In this document: one piece after another, positions 61,540-64,000 of the stretch
Layout of the letters: the number at the start of each line of letters is the position of its first letter
Position numbering within the stretch: position 1 is the stretch's first letter
Origin: Eledone cirrhosa
Taxonomy: Eukaryota
DNA: 64,000 bases
Direction of reading: 5' to 3'
NCBI GenBank assembly: GCA_964016885.1
Contig: OZ024744.1
Coordinates: forward strand, 117,304,001 to 117,368,000
Position numbers and translations under genes: made by a program
The notes under the pieces: generated by a model
Databases searched by the model: none
Seen by the model: the letters and a program-made list of their open reading frames with translations, nothing else
Told to the model about the DNA's origin: nothing

Positions 61540-63240
61540 ACCTCTTGGTATTTCTCCCACGATTTCTATGAAGACCTGCCACAGTGTGAATATTTGGTCG
61601 GCTGTGCAATGTCCATGGTGAAAACCACACCATTCATCTGCTAGCTTAGACTCCACATCTCTTTATCTGACACTTAGCATAGACTTTACTGGGGAGGCTT
61701 AACAATGAGATCCCTCTGAATCTCTCTTGTCTCCCTTTCTGAAAATTGGAATTATCACTCCTAATTGCTATTGGTTAGGTGCCTTTCCAGAGATCCAGGC
61801 CACCTGGCACACACCGGTCAGCCAGAGAATACCTTCTCTATTTAAGGTTTTTAACATCTCAGGGCTGATTTCATCTTTCCCAGCAGCCTTGTCACATTTG
61901 AACTCTTTAACTGCTCTTGTGACCTCAGCCTCTAAGAGACTTGTTACTGCTCCCAGATGCACCATACGTACATCAGAAGATGCTGTTGGGATCAGGAAAG
62001 TATTCTCTCCACTTCACAAAGATGCACTTCTCTGAAGACAGGAGAAACCCAAATGCATTCTTGATAGCAAGTGTGGAGAAGGGCTTCTGATTACAAAGGC
62101 GGATGGTCTGCCAGAATACTCTGAATTGAGAGATCACAACTCTGATACTATGACATGTGGTTAGAATGTCTGAATTGAGAGATCCCAGCTCTGATACTAT
62201 GGACATGTGGTTAGAATGTCTCAGGAAAGAATCTCTGAATTGAGAGATCACAGCTCTGATACTGTGGACATGTGGTTAGAATGTCTGAGGAAAGAATCTC
62301 TGAATTGAGAGATCACAGCTCTGATACTACAGACATGTGGTTAGAATATCCCAGGAAAGAATCTCTGAATTGAGAGATCACAGCTCTGATACTACAGACA
62401 TGTGGTTAGAATGACTCAGGAAAGAATCTCTGAATTGAGAGATCACAGCTCTAATACTATGACATGTGGTTAGAATGTCTGAGGAAAGAAGCACAGAATT
62501 GAGAGATCCCAGCTCTGATACTATGACATGTGGTTAGAATATCTCAGGAAAGAATCTCTGAATTGAGAGATCACAGCTCTGATACTACAGACATGTGGTT
62601 AGAATGACTCAGGAAAGAATCTCTGAATTGAGAGATCACAGCTCTAATACTATGACATGTGGTTAGAATGTCTGAGGAAAGAAGCACTGGATTGAGAGAT
62701 CACAGCTCTGATACTATGACATGTGGTTAGAATGTCTGAGGAAAGAATGTCTGAATTGGGAGATCACAGCTCTGATACTATGACATGTGGTTAGAATGTC
62801 TGAGGAAAGAAGCACTGGATTGAGAGATCACAGCTCTGATACTATGACATGTGGTTAGAATGTCTCAGGAAAGAATCTCTGGATTGAAAGATCACAGCTC
62901 TGATACTATGACATGTGGTTAGAATGTCTCAGGAAAGAATCTCTGGATTGAGAGATCACAGCTCTGATACTATGACATGTGGTTAGAATGTCTCAGGAAA
63001 GAATCTCTGAATTGAGACATCACAGCTCTGATACTATGACATATGGTTAGAATGTCTCAGGAAAGAATCTCTGAATTGAGAGATCACAGCTCTGATACTA
63101 TGACATGTGGTTAGAATTTTATGTATAAAACCAACCGGCAGGAATCCCAGGGGTAGATCCCAAGCTTGGCTGGTCTCACTTAGGGGTCCAGCTTGATCAG
63201 TTGCCCCCACAACCCTTTCAGGAAGAAGTGGGCAAAGAAT
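61540..63240. mobile_element. RTE-group LINE family D with 5' inversion and 64-65-bp tandem expansion
   Basis: 61540-62118 minus: KAAGKDEISPEMLK..GVIIPIF, CGF..DQIF; 62120-63240 plus: ~15 copies of the IERSQL.YYGHVVRMSQER-coding unit, then the 3' end and (ATT)n. Confidence 0.8.
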
Positions 63241-63256
63241 TATTATTATTATTATG

Positions 63257-63450
63257 GCAGTGGATTGGTAGTATCAGTAGAGGGTCAGACACCATGCTTT
63301 GCAGCAAAGAGTTACGGCCCTTTATGGTCTGAGTTCAAATCCCACCGAGGTTAACTTTGCCTTTCCTCCTTATGGGGTCGATAAAATAAAGTACCAGTAA
63401 TGTACTGAGATAATTGCCGGCCTTGTGCCAAAAGTAGAAACAATTATTAT
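63257..63450 (+). mobile_element. SINE family 1
   Basis: B box, core, tail; flanked by attattatt. Confidence 0.9.
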
Positions 63451-64000
63451 TATTTCTTGTTGTTTAATAAGCATGAACCATTGTAATTGATGGTGGTGGT
63501 GATGATGGGGGTGACGGTGGTGATGGTGATAATGATGATGATGGTGATTGTGATGGTGGGGGTGACGGTGGTGATGGTGATAATGATGATGCGGCTGGGG
63601 GGGGGATCATGATGTTGATGAGGGGGTGGTCATGATGATGATGATCCTCATCTTGGACATTTTTCTATCTCTGTATGTGTTGCACATAAATATGTGTGTG
63701 TGTGTGTGTGTGTCTCGACACACACACACACACACACACACACTGTTAATAATTTAATCCTAGTTTATAGCCCATAAATAATCTGTAGATAAGTTGTTTT
63801 AGGAGGGAAGTAGAAAATTACCTCCTTTCATTAGAGATCAATTTAGAGGAAGATGTACAGGTAAGATAATATTTGTGAAGTCTTAGGAGGGAAGTATAAA
63901 TTACCTCTTTCATTAACGAGGATTGAGCAAGGTAAAGGTAGGCTTATGTTTTATTTCTACCTAGATTACATATGAGTAGTTGTGATTCTGTGTGTATCTT

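Overview
AT-rich, repeat-saturated animal genomic DNA, most likely a coleoid cephalopod such as Octopus. This is inferred from the (ATG/CAT)n-tailed RTE LINEs, the tRNA-SINE types and the microsatellite load, and was not verified by a search. The only well-supported host coding sequence is one internal + strand exon (60420-60955), so most of the window is probably intron. The rest consists of (i) at least three RTE LINE families, one copy with an uninterrupted 939-aa APE-RT ORF, all carrying a C4HC3 PHD-type finger inserted at the end of the RT core; (ii) fragments of CR1, R4/Dong, Tx1/L1-like, mariner, Helitron and MITE elements; (iii) two abundant tRNA-derived SINE families; (iv) many mini- and microsatellites, several visibly derived from transposon sub-segments; and (v) a dense population of Penelope-like (GIY-YIG) element ends lodged in (TA)n tracts. 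Group (v) carries about 14 hammerhead-ribozyme motifs (8 with intact cores), a recurrent fold-back architecture and a shared GAG(T/C)(G/A)C motif near the 3' end. Coordinates were read by eye and may be off by a few bases. Most short ORFs in the supplied track are microsatellite or antisense artefacts.
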